Below are positions 1 through 9,724 of a stretch of 64,000 nucleotides of DNA, piece by piece. This stretch comes from an uncultured cyanobacterium. GTDB lineage: Bacteria; Cyanobacteriota; Cyanobacteriia; Cyanobacteriales; CAWUOF01. The stretch spans positions 7,296,001 to 7,360,000 of the forward strand of contig CAVUSO010000001.1 of assembly GCA_963744145.1 (NCBI GenBank), read 5' to 3'. The notes below the pieces were generated by a model. It was not told where the DNA came from. It did no database searches and saw only the letters and a program-made list of their open reading frames with translations. Each line of letters opens with the position of its first letter. The first letter of the stretch is position 1. A program made the position numbers and the translations under genes.

Positions 1-2376
1 GATAAGAATGGGAATTTTACTACTGAAGTCGGTGAATTTGCAGGGTTGAATGTACTGGGAGAAGGAAATACAGCAGTAATTACAGCTCTGCAAGAAAAGG
101 GTGCTTTATTGAAAGAAGAAGCTTATCAGCATAAATATCCCTACGATTGGCGCACGAAAAAACCGACAATTGTAAGAGCGACAGAACAATGGTTTGCTTC
201 GGTAGAAGGTTTTCGAGAAGCAGCTCTACAAGCGATCGCAGCAGTAAACTGGATTCCCGCTCAAGGACAAAATCGGATTACTCCCATGGTAGCTGAACGT
301 TCCGACTGGTGTATTTCTCGTCAACGGAATTGGGGAGTACCGATTCCTGTATTTTATGATGAAGAAACTGGGGAACCATTGCTGACAGAAGAAACTATTG
401 CTCATGTCCAAGCAATTATCAGAGAAAAAGGTTCTGATGCTTGGTGGGAATTATCAGTAAAAGAATTATTACCAGACTCCTATCAAAACAATGGTCGGAG
501 TTATCGTAAAGGTCTAGATACCATGGATGTTTGGTTTGATTCTGGCTCATCTTGGGCAGCAGTAGCAAACCAGCGCGAGGAATTGCGATATCCTGTGGAT
601 ATGTATTTGGAAGGTTCTGATCAACATCGTGGTTGGTTTCAGTCTAGTTTATTGACTAGTGTGGCTAATAATGGGGTTGCTCCTTATCAAACAGTATTGA
701 CTCATGGTTTTGTCTTAGATGAACAAGGACGAAAAATGAGCAAATCCTTGGGAAATGTGATTGATCCACTCTGGGTGATTGAAGGGGGAAAAAATCAAAA
801 AGAAGAACCAGGTTATGGTGCAGATATTTTGCGATTGTGGGTATCATCTGTAGATTATGCCTCTGATGTGCCGATCGGGAAAAATATCCTGAAGCAGATG
901 GCAGATGTCAGAAGTAAAATTCGCAATACAGCTAGATTTTTGTTAGGCAATTTGCACGATTTTAATCCCGATGCTCATGCAATTCCTTATGAACATCTGG
1001 CTCAACTTGATCAATATATGCTCCATCGGATGACAGAAGTGTTCTCAGAGGTGAAGGAAGCATATGATCAGTTTCAGTTTGACCGAGTGTTCCAAGCAAT
1101 CCAGAATTTCTGTGTAGTGGATTTGTCGAATTTTTATTTAGATATTGCCAAAGATCGTCTTTATATTAGTGCTCCAAGAGCTTGGAGACGTTGGAGTTGT
1201 CAAACCATACTAGCGATCGCAGTGGAAAATTTAGCTAAAGCGATCGCGCCGATTTTATGTCATACTGCTGAAGATATTTGGCAATATTTACCCTATCCAA
1301 CTCCTTATAAATCAGTATTTACAGCGGGATGGGTACATATAAGCGATCGCTGGATTGATCCCCAACTTGCTACTACTTGGCAAAAATTACGTCAACTTCG
1401 GGGAGAAGTTAATAAGGTACTGGAACAAGCTCGAACTCAGAAGAAAATTGGTTCGTCTTTAGAAGCAAAAGTATTACTGTATACGACTGATTCAGAATTA
1501 CTTTCATTGTGGAAGAAATTTAATCCAACTCCTCAGAAATCAACCGAAAATGTAGCTGAAATAAGTGATGATCTAGCTGATGTAGATTTTTGGAGTGATC
1601 AAGAAGAACCAAAAATAAATAGTGCAGTCAATCAGATGGAAGGATTGACAACCGAGGAAGTAGGAGAATCAAATCAAGAAATCAGCCAGCAGTTAGCTCT
1701 AATTTTAGCTAATTTACAAGAATATATCAATGGGTTTTTAGGAAATAAACGCTTTCTAGCTTTAAGTAGTTTAGGATTACTGGGAGTGTTTACCCTTTAT
1801 AGTATCACTGTCATCTTAGATGGAGTGAGTCGGGTATTTCTGTTAGGAGACTTTTTTAAAATCATCGGAGTTGGATATGTAGGTTGGTTTGTCTATCGTT
1901 ATTTGTTAGAGAAAAATAAACGTCAAGAATTGAATGATTTACTGAAATCTGTAGTTAAATCATTGGAGAAAGAAGTATTGGGTCAAGATGAATCTCAACC
2001 AGTGGTAAAGGAAAATCAGATTAGTTCAGAGCGATCGCAAGTAGAAGAAATTAAACCAATTCCTGAACCTAAACCAATTCCTGAACCTCAAGCAGATCCA
2101 GCATTATCGATCGCTAATTATCTCGCACCCAATTCTAATCATGTCGATGAATTGCGCTATCTGTTTTTAACTTCAGGAGTGGAATTATTAGAGTCTCCTC
2201 AAGAGATAGAAACAGCAGAATTTGTGTTAAAAACTGATCAAATTAGCATCGGAGTCAGTCAAGCAAATGGACATAAATGCGATCGCTGTTGGAATTATTC
2301 AGATTATGTGGGAAAATCAGTCACAGATCCGCTACTGTGTGAACGATGTATTTTAGCTTTAGCAAGTGAATTCTAA
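1..2376 (+). CDS. ileS: Isoleucyl-tRNA synthetase (5' part outside window) with CAAD membrane-anchoring insertion
   Basis: Frame open from base 1. Motifs DWCISRQRNWGVPIP, EGSDQHRGWF, KMSKS and a C-terminal Zn site (CDRCW...CERC). Inserted acidic linker plus two hydrophobic helices ending GWFVYRYLL at about 1530-2120. Confidence 0.97.
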   Translation, partial: DKNGNFTTEVGEFAGLNVLGEGNTAVITALQEKGALLKEEAYQHKYPYDWRTKKPTIVRATEQWFASVEGFREAALQAIAAVNWIPAQGQNRITPMVAERSDWCISRQRNWGVPIPVFYDEETGEPLLTEETIAHVQAIIREKGSDAWWELSVKELLPDSYQNNGRSYRKGLDTMDVWFDSGSSWAAVANQREELRYPVDMYLEGSDQHRGWFQSSLLTSVANNGVAPYQTVLTHGFVLDEQGRKMSKSLGNVIDPLWVIEGGKNQKEEPGYGADILRLWVSSVDYASDVPIGKNILKQMADVRSKIRNTARFLLGNLHDFNPDAHAIPYEHLAQLDQYMLHRMTEVFSEVKEAYDQFQFDRVFQAIQNFCVVDLSNFYLDIAKDRLYISAPRAWRRWSCQTILAIAVENLAKAIAPILCHTAEDIWQYLPYPTPYKSVFTAGWVHISDRWIDPQLATTWQKLRQLRGEVNKVLEQARTQKKIGSSLEAKVLLYTTDSELLSLWKKFNPTPQKSTENVAEISDDLADVDFWSDQEEPKINSAVNQMEGLTTEEVGESNQEISQQLALILANLQEYINGFLGNKRFLALSSLGLLGVFTLYSITVILDGVSRVFLLGDFFKIIGVGYVGWFVYRYLLEKNKRQELNDLLKSVVKSLEKEVLGQDESQPVVKENQISSERSQVEEIKPIPEPKPIPEPQADPALSIANYLAPNSNHVDELRYLFLTSGVELLESPQEIETAEFVLKTDQISIGVSQANGHKCDRCWNYSDYVGKSVTDPLLCERCILALASEF

Positions 2377-2524
2377 AGTTCAATCGGTTGAGGTGATTTA
2401 CCGGAATGGGCGATCGTTTGTTTGGGATACGAATAGCGATCGCTAGTTGGGAAAAGAATTTTTCAGAAGAAACGGGTGGCTTTAATTTTCTCTATTTTCT
2501 AAAAAAATATTCTCAAAATCTCGC

Positions 2525-2551
2525 TTAACCACTCAAAATGTAACGACTCAT
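2525..2551 (-). pseudogene. Stub of cognate ParE/RelE-type toxin
   Basis: ATGA overlap with the antitoxin stop. Reads MSRYILSG*, which resembles ParE N-termini, then terminates. Confidence 0.5.
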
Positions 2552-2815
2552 TTTTTCCCCACATCCGCTTGTTGAATCTCCTCACGCAGTTCTCTTAACA
2601 CTTCTTCACCATCAAAAACCTCGCCGCGATCGGAAGCTTCAATTCCCATCATTATTTCCTGACGGAGTTCCTCTAAATGCACCAAGCGTTCCATTTCTCT
2701 TGCTTCTAACAATTGTAACGCTGCCCGTACAACTTCGCCAAGCCGAAGAATACCTACCGCTTTTGACTGTTGACTGTACGAACTGTTCTAGTTCAGAGGT
2801 TAACGATATATTCAT
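2548..2815 (-). pseudogene. ParD-like (ribbon-helix-helix) antitoxin, +1 frameshift
   Basis: MNISLTSELEQFVQSTVKSGRYSSA continues after one extra base (about 2740) as GEVVRAALQLLEAREMERLVHLEELRQEIMMGIEASDRGEVFDGEEVL...KK*. Confidence 0.85.
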
Positions 2816-2854
2816 ATATAGTTGAGACACTTACTTGAGTCAACATTATTACTA

Positions 2855-3150
2855 TACCAATTAACTATGAAATTGCACTTAATCTGAGGTTGATCTGTTA
2901 GGCCAGGGCAGGTTTATAATGGTGATCTGTTGGTGGCAAAATTGACTGGTGAACCTGCCCCTACCAATTTTATCCTCAATTTGCGGATTTCTGTAGTAGG
3001 GGCGGGTTCGCCCAGATTTTTGAAATTTACCAATTAATTAGAAAAACCCGCCCGGGTTCACCGAGATGTTTGACATTTACCTACTAATCATCAAAACCCA
3101 CCCTCACCCACAGATCAATCTTATCAATGTATCTTCATAGTGAATTGGTA
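2855..3150. mobile_element. ~297-bp MITE, copy 1
   Basis: Imperfect TIRs TACCAATTAACTATGAAATTGCAC / ATGTATCTTCATAGTGAATTGGTA with TA on both flanks. Near-identical to 33956-34252 and 39061-39358. Confidence 0.93.
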
Positions 3151-3215
3151 TATACTCCTAATAATCAAGATGATCAAATTTAGTGAGCCAACTCCCCATG
3201 AGATGAGAAAGTCCT

Positions 3216-3287
3216 TGACACAGCCACAGCAGATGTCCGTCCCACTAGAAAAAATTAATCTTGTAAGACAGTCATCTTGACTGTCCT
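3216..3287. repeat. Degenerate copy of the REP-like hairpin found at 17850-17916
   Basis: cagatgtccgtcccactagaaaaaatt...gtaagacagtcatcttgactgtcc resembles aagatgcctgtcccaccagaaaaaatc...gtgggacaggcatcttgcctgtcc. Confidence 0.6.
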
Positions 3288-3338
3288 AGTTATAGGATAA
3301 TAGGAATTGATGAAAAAACTGCTGATTCTCCCACTTCT

Positions 3339-3707
3339 ATGTCTGAATCCATCCAGCAAGAAGCTGAAGCCATAATAAATACTCTTGCATCCATTCCTTT
3401 TCAAAATTGTATTGCCCTTTCCAAAGAATTTCGCGAACTACCGATGAGGGCTGGGATCTACGCTGTCAAGCATCGTACCCTTTCCACCCTCTATATCGGT
3501 AAAACCAGATCACTACGCGATCGCTTTCGTGGCGGTCACAAAGCTTTACTTTGGGCATTTATTGAAGAATTGAAAGCCACAGACATCCGAATCGCCTTTT
3601 ACCAATTAGATTTTCCTCAATGGATTCAGCTATCATCAGAATTAGAAAGCCTAATCATTCAAGCAGTTAACCCACCCTATAATGTGAAAATTCCAGCAAG
3701 GGACTAA
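3339..3707 (+). CDS. GIY-YIG nuclease family protein
   Basis: AGIYAV...LYIGKTRSLRDRF motif, with the conserved E and PPYN near the C-terminus. Confidence 0.85.
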   Translation: MSESIQQEAEAIINTLASIPFQNCIALSKEFRELPMRAGIYAVKHRTLSTLYIGKTRSLRDRFRGGHKALLWAFIEELKATDIRIAFYQLDFPQWIQLSSELESLIIQAVNPPYNVKIPARD

Positions 3708-3711
3708 TTCT

Positions 3712-3921
3712 ATGCAAATCCAGTCTTCTACCACCGAACATCTGTCACCTGAATTAGCACAAACCTTTCTCGAAGGATTACCCGAAACCATTCGTACAGC
3801 ACTGGAAATGCGGGCTAAAACAATGAACTATCCAGTTTGGGCAGTAATTGAAATGGCGATCGCCGGCTATCTTGACGAAGAGGCTCTATCTTTTGTTGAT
3901 TGCCAACCTAAACTTGACTAG
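3712..3921 (+). CDS. Small acidic hypothetical protein, probably co-transcribed with the GIY-YIG gene
   Basis: 69 aa, starts 4 bp after the GIY-YIG stop. Helical, RHH/antitoxin-like pattern (IRTALEMRAKTMNYPVWAVIEMAIAGYLD). Confidence 0.65.
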   Translation: MQIQSSTTEHLSPELAQTFLEGLPETIRTALEMRAKTMNYPVWAVIEMAIAGYLDEEALSFVDCQPKLD

Positions 3922-3989
3922 GGATGGTGCAGTGTGATGGTAACACTGTCGGCTATGGTGGATGGAACGCAAGCGATCGGAGATTTCTT

Positions 3990-4892
3990 ATGGGTCAGTT
4001 TGAAAAAGGTGGTCAGACTGCTTGGTTTCATGATCAAGGTCATCTTGCTGGTTTTTTTCATACCTACGATCGCTTACAAGTAGGGGGAGAAAATGATCGA
4101 CCTAGAAAAGTACATATACTTGTACCCAGAGATTATGAAACATCAGGAGAACACTATCCAGTTATTTATATGAATGACGGGGATAATGTTTTTTTTCCTG
4201 ATGGTTCAGTCGGAAAATGTTGGTGGACAGCAGAAGCATTGGGAAAACTTTATGCTCAAAATGTAATTCGGAAAGTGATAGTTGTCGGAATTTATCCGAT
4301 TAATCGCGATCGGGAATATACCCACGCACAAGTTTTTAATAACGATTACGGTGGATTAGAAGATTATAGTAACTATTTAGCCGATCGGGTGAAAGTATTT
4401 ATAGATAACAACTATCGGACTTTACCAGCAGCAAAAGAAACCACCATTATTGGATCTTCTCATGGTGGATTAGCAGCATTTTATTTAGGATGTCGTCATC
4501 CCGATCGCTTTGGGAATATTGGAGCAATGTCATCATCTTTTTGGGTAGGATTAGATCCAAAAATTAAGTTATTTAATTCCCTCGCAAATTCGGAATTAAT
4601 TAAATTAACTGCAAATACCTTAGCAGACAAAAACATCAGACTAAAAATTTGGTTAGATTGGGGATTAAAACGCGATCAAGGGTTTCATAATTGGTTTATT
4701 GAACACTATGCAACTAACCGGGGAAGAGAAATGAAAAAACTTCTTTGTGAGCGATTTGGTTATGTGCTAGATGTGAACTTATTTACTTATGAAGATCCAG
4801 AGGGAGAACATTCAGAGGACTCCTGGTCGCGACGTTTACCAATGGTATTAAAAGTTTTTTACTCTCTTGCTGTTTCATGCGATCGGACATGA
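3990..4892 (+). CDS. Alpha/beta-hydrolase, putative esterase (Fes/IroE-like)
   Basis: YPVIYMNDG, nucleophile elbow GSSHGG, and C-terminal GEHSEDSWSRR. The start may instead be 3924. Confidence 0.85.
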   Translation: MGQFEKGGQTAWFHDQGHLAGFFHTYDRLQVGGENDRPRKVHILVPRDYETSGEHYPVIYMNDGDNVFFPDGSVGKCWWTAEALGKLYAQNVIRKVIVVGIYPINRDREYTHAQVFNNDYGGLEDYSNYLADRVKVFIDNNYRTLPAAKETTIIGSSHGGLAAFYLGCRHPDRFGNIGAMSSSFWVGLDPKIKLFNSLANSELIKLTANTLADKNIRLKIWLDWGLKRDQGFHNWFIEHYATNRGREMKKLLCERFGYVLDVNLFTYEDPEGEHSEDSWSRRLPMVLKVFYSLAVSCDRT

Positions 4893-5338
4893 TTGCGAGC
4901 AGAGAAGAAGGGACGAATCCGTAAACCAGTCCAACCACATTGACGGTTACGACATTGATAACGATAGACAGGGATAAAAAAATTAATCAAGCGATCACGG
5001 AAATGACGATGACGACGACGAAGTTTACTCTGACAAATTGGACATTTCACCGATCCATAGACTTGAGAAGTCTGGAGACGATGTTTGAATTGTTTTAAGA
5101 TTAAGGAGATACTTATCCCCAGCAATAGCAGACCAACAATATGGGAAAATTGGGTGTGAATCAGACTATTGACCAAGTTTTTGAGGATCACGTTGATCCC
5201 TTGGTTAGAAATCCATAACAGATAGGATAAATTTGCTTCTAGTTGAAATGGCTCAATCAACAAAAAAAATCCCAAAGATGCTAAAAATAGAGCAAATAGC
5301 TCTATCCCCCATTTTGGTCGGACGATCTGCTTTAACAT
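4859..5338 (-). CDS. Hypothetical membrane protein with C-terminal Zn-ribbon
   Basis: Two hydrophobic segments, then CPIC...YQCRNRQCGWTG. Confidence 0.65.
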   Translation of the reverse strand: MLKQIVRPKWGIELFALFLASLGFFLLIEPFQLEANLSYLLWISNQGINVILKNLVNSLIHTQFSHIVGLLLLGISISLILKQFKHRLQTSQVYGSVKCPICQSKLRRRHRHFRDRLINFFIPVYRYQCRNRQCGWTGLRIRPFFSARNHVRSHETARE

Positions 5339-5486
5339 TACTGTACTAAAGAATTAACTTTAAACAATATTCGGGGCTTACTTGCTCGGTTCAGGATAAT
5401 TTGGGTATTGCTGACCTAGGTCATGGAGATATTTAGATATGACTTGATCTTGGGAATGTACCACTCCAAAATTGAAGTGATAACTG

Positions 5487-8400
5487 GTGAGCGAGAGAAA
5501 ACAGGAGTTAGCAATGGTAATGGATGAAGCATATCGTCGAGCCCAAGAGTGGATTGAAGTAGCACGCTCAAGCGGAGCGACCGAGCTTGATCTGGGTGAT
5601 ATGGAATTGACGGAAGTACCAGAAGCGATCGCTTTACTCACCGATTTACAAATACTTAATCTGTCCGACAACCGATTGACCAAGTTACCAACAGGACTAA
5701 GTAACCTGACCCAGTTGCAAACTTTGGTTCTATCTAATAACCAATTGACAATAGTACCAGAGGTAATCGCGACTCTGGGTGAATTACAATTTCTCAATCT
5801 TTCCCATAACCAATTAACCACATTACCAGAAGAGCTCAAGACCCTGACCCAATTGCAAGAGCTGAGTCTATCTGGGAACAAATTGACGATGGTCCCAGAG
5901 GTAATATTTTCTTTCACCCAGTTACACACACTTGATCTCTCCCATAATCAATTGAGAACATTACCAGAGACACTTAATTCTCTGACCGAATTGCAAACGC
6001 TTGATCTCTCGCGGAACCAATTGACTACAATTCCAGCAGTAATATTTTCTCTCACCCATTTACAAACACTGAACCTGTCTCAGAACCAATTAACTACAGC
6101 CCCACAGGTGAGTATTTCTCTCACTGAATTGCAAACATTAAACCTTTCTTTTAATCAATTGATGACAGTACCAGAGATCATCTTTGCTCTGACTCAATTA
6201 GAAATACTTAATCTTTCTAATAACCAATTAAGGAGCGTACCAGAAGCACTAGGGTCTCTCACTCAAATCCAAGAACTGAATCTCTCTTTTAACCAATTGC
6301 AAACATTACCTTTGTCACTTAGTTCTCTGATTAACTTGGAAGAACTTGGTCTCTCTCGGAACCAATTCACCACCATTCCAGAAGTGATATTTTCCCTTCC
6401 AGTCTTGCAAATCCTGAATCTTTCTTTTAACCAATTAACTACTATCCCCGAAGCACTCAGTTTTCTGACTGAGTTACAAACTCTGAACCTCTCTTTCAAT
6501 CAATTGACTACAGTTCCAGAGACCATTCATTTTCTGATCCAATTACAAGAACTGAATCTCTCCTTTAACCAATTAACCACCATTCCAGAGGTGATATTTT
6601 CCCTAACTCAGCTACAAACTCTTGGTCTTTCTAGTAATCAAATAACCACAGTACCGGAGATCATATTTTATCTCACCGAGTTGCGATCGCTAGGTCTGTC
6701 TTTTAATCAATTAACCACCTTACCAGAAACACTAATCTATCTCACCCAATTACAAGAACTTAATCTATCTGGAAATGAATTGACTACAGTACCAGAAGCT
6801 CTCAGTTCCCTCCGACAGTTACAAATACTTGATCTCTCCGATAACAAATTGGAGACAGTACCAACAGCACTCAGTTCCTTGAGACACTTACAAATGCTTG
6901 ACCTTTCTGGTAATGAATTAACAACTATACCAGAAACATTCGGTTTTCTCACTCAGTTACAACAACTTGATCTATCCTTTAACCAATTAACTACAGTACC
7001 TGAAACACTGAGTGTTCTTACCCAGCTACAGGAACTTAGTTTCTGCTTTAACCAATTGACCACAATCCCAGAGATGATATTTTCTCTGACCCAATTGCGA
7101 TCGCTAGATTTAGCTCATAATCAATTAACTACTGTCCCAGAGTCTCTAGATATCCTGACTCAATTACAAGAGCTGAATCTAACTGATAACCAATTACTAA
7201 CATTACCAGAAGCATTAAGTTCTCTCACCCAATTGCAAATACTGAGCTGTTCTGGTAACCAATTAACTACCTTCCCCGAAATTTTTTCTGCTCTCACTCA
7301 ATTGCAAAAACTGGATCTCTCTGATAACCAATTAACTATTTTTCCAGAGACAATTATTTCTTTTGCACAGTTACAAGAGCTGAACCTTGCTCATAACCAA
7401 TTACAGACAATACCAGCAACACTTAGTTTTCTAACTCAGTTGCGATCACTTGACCTATCGGGCAATAAATTAACCACATTACCACCATCAATTAAAGACT
7501 TAAAAAAATTACTTTATCTCTCCATATCTAGTAATAATTTGAGCGATTTCCCCTCGATTATTACATCCTTAACAAACTTAAAAGAACTCTATATTACTGA
7601 TAATAAAATCACCGAAGTTCCGCCAGCAATTAGCAATTTAATTGCTCTGAAAAAACTTTATTTAGGAGGTGAAAAAATATCTTGGCATGATCAATTAAAT
7701 AAACCAGAAAATCGTGGTAATAAATTAACAACCTTACCCTCTAGTTTAACTAAGCTTACTCAACTAATTGATCTTAATCTTGATGGTAATCCTCTGGAAC
7801 TTGATTTTGCTGCTGTTTACGAACAAGGAATTGAAGCAGTGATGGAATATCTCCGGGCAAAATCCGAGGGAGAGGTAAGCAATCTCGGTCAAACCCTACC
7901 GAGCAAATGGCTCCAAATTTGGGAATATTTAGAGCAATTAAGCAAAACCTATTTACCCTACCAAACTTTAATTACCATTGGTCAAGAACAAGGTTTAACC
8001 GGATTTACTGCGGAACTATTTGTGAAAGTTTTTGATCGATTAGGGTATTTGATTCATTATGATTATGATCCAATGTTGCAGGATATTGTAATTCTGCAAC
8101 CAGAATGGTTAACCAAAGCAATCAACTTAGTTTTAGACGATCAAACTATCCGTCAGCAAAACGGACTAGTTAATTTTGATCATCTCAGTAAGTTATGGAG
8201 TCAGTATCCAAAAGAACTCCATCCAATCTTGCTCCGACTGATGGAGCATTTAGATTTATCCTACAGAGTGGTACTTGCTCCCCATGAATCCAGTCACACC
8301 AGTTTGATCGCTCAATTAGTATCTTCAGAACCGATCGCACAATTACCCAATTGGGGTGAAAAACCAGCACCAGGAGAGCGAGAACAGGTGCAAATTTGTC

Positions 8401-9440
8401 GATTTTTGGGCGATCGCGAGCAATTATCACAGATCAAAAAGTTATTTTCTCAACTGATTGTGCGTTTACATAAATATTCCCTTGGACGTACCAACTATAA
8501 AAATAGTGTTCACTGGGAACGGGGTTTAATGCTCGAACACGATTATCATGGTCTGGCTTTATTAGAATATATTGAACCAGATTTAAAGATTACAGTTCGA
8601 GCTGCTTACCCAGAAACATTTCTATCCTATCTGATCACTGAAGTAAAATGGTTAGTTGAGCATGGGGGAAAAACAGCACCAAAACTTGAACTACTCAATC
8701 AAGCAATCATTCAGGTTCCATTAATAGAAAAGGGGAGGGGAAAATTCCCAGAGTTAGTGAAAAAAGAACTTGAGATAATTCGGCAAAATTTAGTGAAACT
8801 ATCTCCTCAAGAACAATTTCAAAAATTATCAAAAGAGCATCTTGCTATTTTAAGTCAGATTGATCAACAGTTTGTTGAACTGATGCAAATGTTCCGGAAT
8901 GAAGCAAAAACTGGACCAAGACTATTTAGCTTTAGAGTAGTTGATCCAGGGTTTTTCGATCGCCCCAAATGGCTCAAAACCAAGTTTCAACTTACACTCT
9001 GGTGTGAACATTCGCGTTTACCACTACCGATTTTAAATTCCCCAGATATTCAAACAGGAGTTTATGAATTGGAAGTAAATCCTGAGTGGATTAGTCGCGC
9101 ACTTCCCAGTTTAAAACTTTTGATTAGCACATTAGGTTTAATTTTACCAATAGCAACTTCAACTAACCAAGTAATGTTAGATGACCGCATCTATACTAAG
9201 ATTGAACAAGAAATAAATCTGGGTGAGAAGAGTCTAGAAATTGCTTTAAAAAACAGTGATATAGCCCTAGATTTATCATCAATTACTTCTAATAAGTTTA
9301 TGGCTTTTCAAAGTTATATATTACGAGAACTGCATAATCTTTTGCAAGAAAAAGATCCTAATTTTGGTGGATTAGTACGAGTCCAAAACCAACAAAAGGA
9401 ATTTTTATGGGTACATCCGAATTTTGTCCATTACTATTAA
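5487..9440 (+). CDS. Leucine-rich-repeat protein with COR-like C-terminal region (Roco-derived, no Roc GTPase)
   Basis: About 30 LRRs of 23 aa (LxxLxLSxNQLTTxPE), then COR-like motifs LGYLIHY, VILQPEWLTKAI and HWERGL. No P-loop is present. Confidence 0.85.
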   Translation: MSERKQELAMVMDEAYRRAQEWIEVARSSGATELDLGDMELTEVPEAIALLTDLQILNLSDNRLTKLPTGLSNLTQLQTLVLSNNQLTIVPEVIATLGELQFLNLSHNQLTTLPEELKTLTQLQELSLSGNKLTMVPEVIFSFTQLHTLDLSHNQLRTLPETLNSLTELQTLDLSRNQLTTIPAVIFSLTHLQTLNLSQNQLTTAPQVSISLTELQTLNLSFNQLMTVPEIIFALTQLEILNLSNNQLRSVPEALGSLTQIQELNLSFNQLQTLPLSLSSLINLEELGLSRNQFTTIPEVIFSLPVLQILNLSFNQLTTIPEALSFLTELQTLNLSFNQLTTVPETIHFLIQLQELNLSFNQLTTIPEVIFSLTQLQTLGLSSNQITTVPEIIFYLTELRSLGLSFNQLTTLPETLIYLTQLQELNLSGNELTTVPEALSSLRQLQILDLSDNKLETVPTALSSLRHLQMLDLSGNELTTIPETFGFLTQLQQLDLSFNQLTTVPETLSVLTQLQELSFCFNQLTTIPEMIFSLTQLRSLDLAHNQLTTVPESLDILTQLQELNLTDNQLLTLPEALSSLTQLQILSCSGNQLTTFPEIFSALTQLQKLDLSDNQLTIFPETIISFAQLQELNLAHNQLQTIPATLSFLTQLRSLDLSGNKLTTLPPSIKDLKKLLYLSISSNNLSDFPSIITSLTNLKELYITDNKITEVPPAISNLIALKKLYLGGEKISWHDQLNKPENRGNKLTTLPSSLTKLTQLIDLNLDGNPLELDFAAVYEQGIEAVMEYLRAKSEGEVSNLGQTLPSKWLQIWEYLEQLSKTYLPYQTLITIGQEQGLTGFTAELFVKVFDRLGYLIHYDYDPMLQDIVILQPEWLTKAINLVLDDQTIRQQNGLVNFDHLSKLWSQYPKELHPILLRLMEHLDLSYRVVLAPHESSHTSLIAQLVSSEPIAQLPNWGEKPAPGEREQVQICRFLGDREQLSQIKKLFSQLIVRLHKYSLGRTNYKNSVHWERGLMLEHDYHGLALLEYIEPDLKITVRAAYPETFLSYLITEVKWLVEHGGKTAPKLELLNQAIIQVPLIEKGRGKFPELVKKELEIIRQNLVKLSPQEQFQKLSKEHLAILSQIDQQFVELMQMFRNEAKTGPRLFSFRVVDPGFFDRPKWLKTKFQLTLWCEHSRLPLPILNSPDIQTGVYELEVNPEWISRALPSLKLLISTLGLILPIATSTNQVMLDDRIYTKIEQEINLGEKSLEIALKNSDIALDLSSITSNKFMAFQSYILRELHNLLQEKDPNFGGLVRVQNQQKEFLWVHPNFVHYY

Positions 9441-9456
9441 ATAATTGTAGGTATTT

Positions 9457-9529
9457 GTAGGGGCAAAGCATTTCGGCAGATCCGCGATCGACTTAACGCA
9501 GAAAATTATGACCGAAATGCTTTGCCCTT
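9457..9529. repeat. REP-like inverted repeat
   Basis: GGGCAAAGCATTTCGG ... CCGAAATGCTTTGCCC arms, lying between convergent genes. Confidence 0.75.
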
Positions 9530-9643
9530 GATTTATGCAGCCCACAGATTGACTATAGCCCAATCTACCAGGGAATTTTTGGGGGTTTTTGCAGGATACG
9601 GGAAGAATGGCTGTCAGAGAATTTTTGGAGATACGGGCGAAGA

Positions 9644-9714
9644 AGGGCGAAGCATTCGGATTTCATATTACTCGCTCTGAGCGATAATTTATCGCCCGAA
9701 TGCTTCGCCCCTAC
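9644..9714. repeat. REP-like inverted repeat (same family, opposite orientation)
   Basis: GGGCGAAGCATTCGG ... CCGAATGCTTCGCCCCTAC. Confidence 0.75.
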
Positions 9715-9724
9715 ATGGATTGCA

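Noticed and set aside
5378..6952. Antisense ORFs over the LRR gene, and similar shadow ORFs over cysS, typA, the TPS genes and the kinases
   Set aside because: They mirror the codon periodicity of well-supported genes on the opposite strand and have no motifs of their own.
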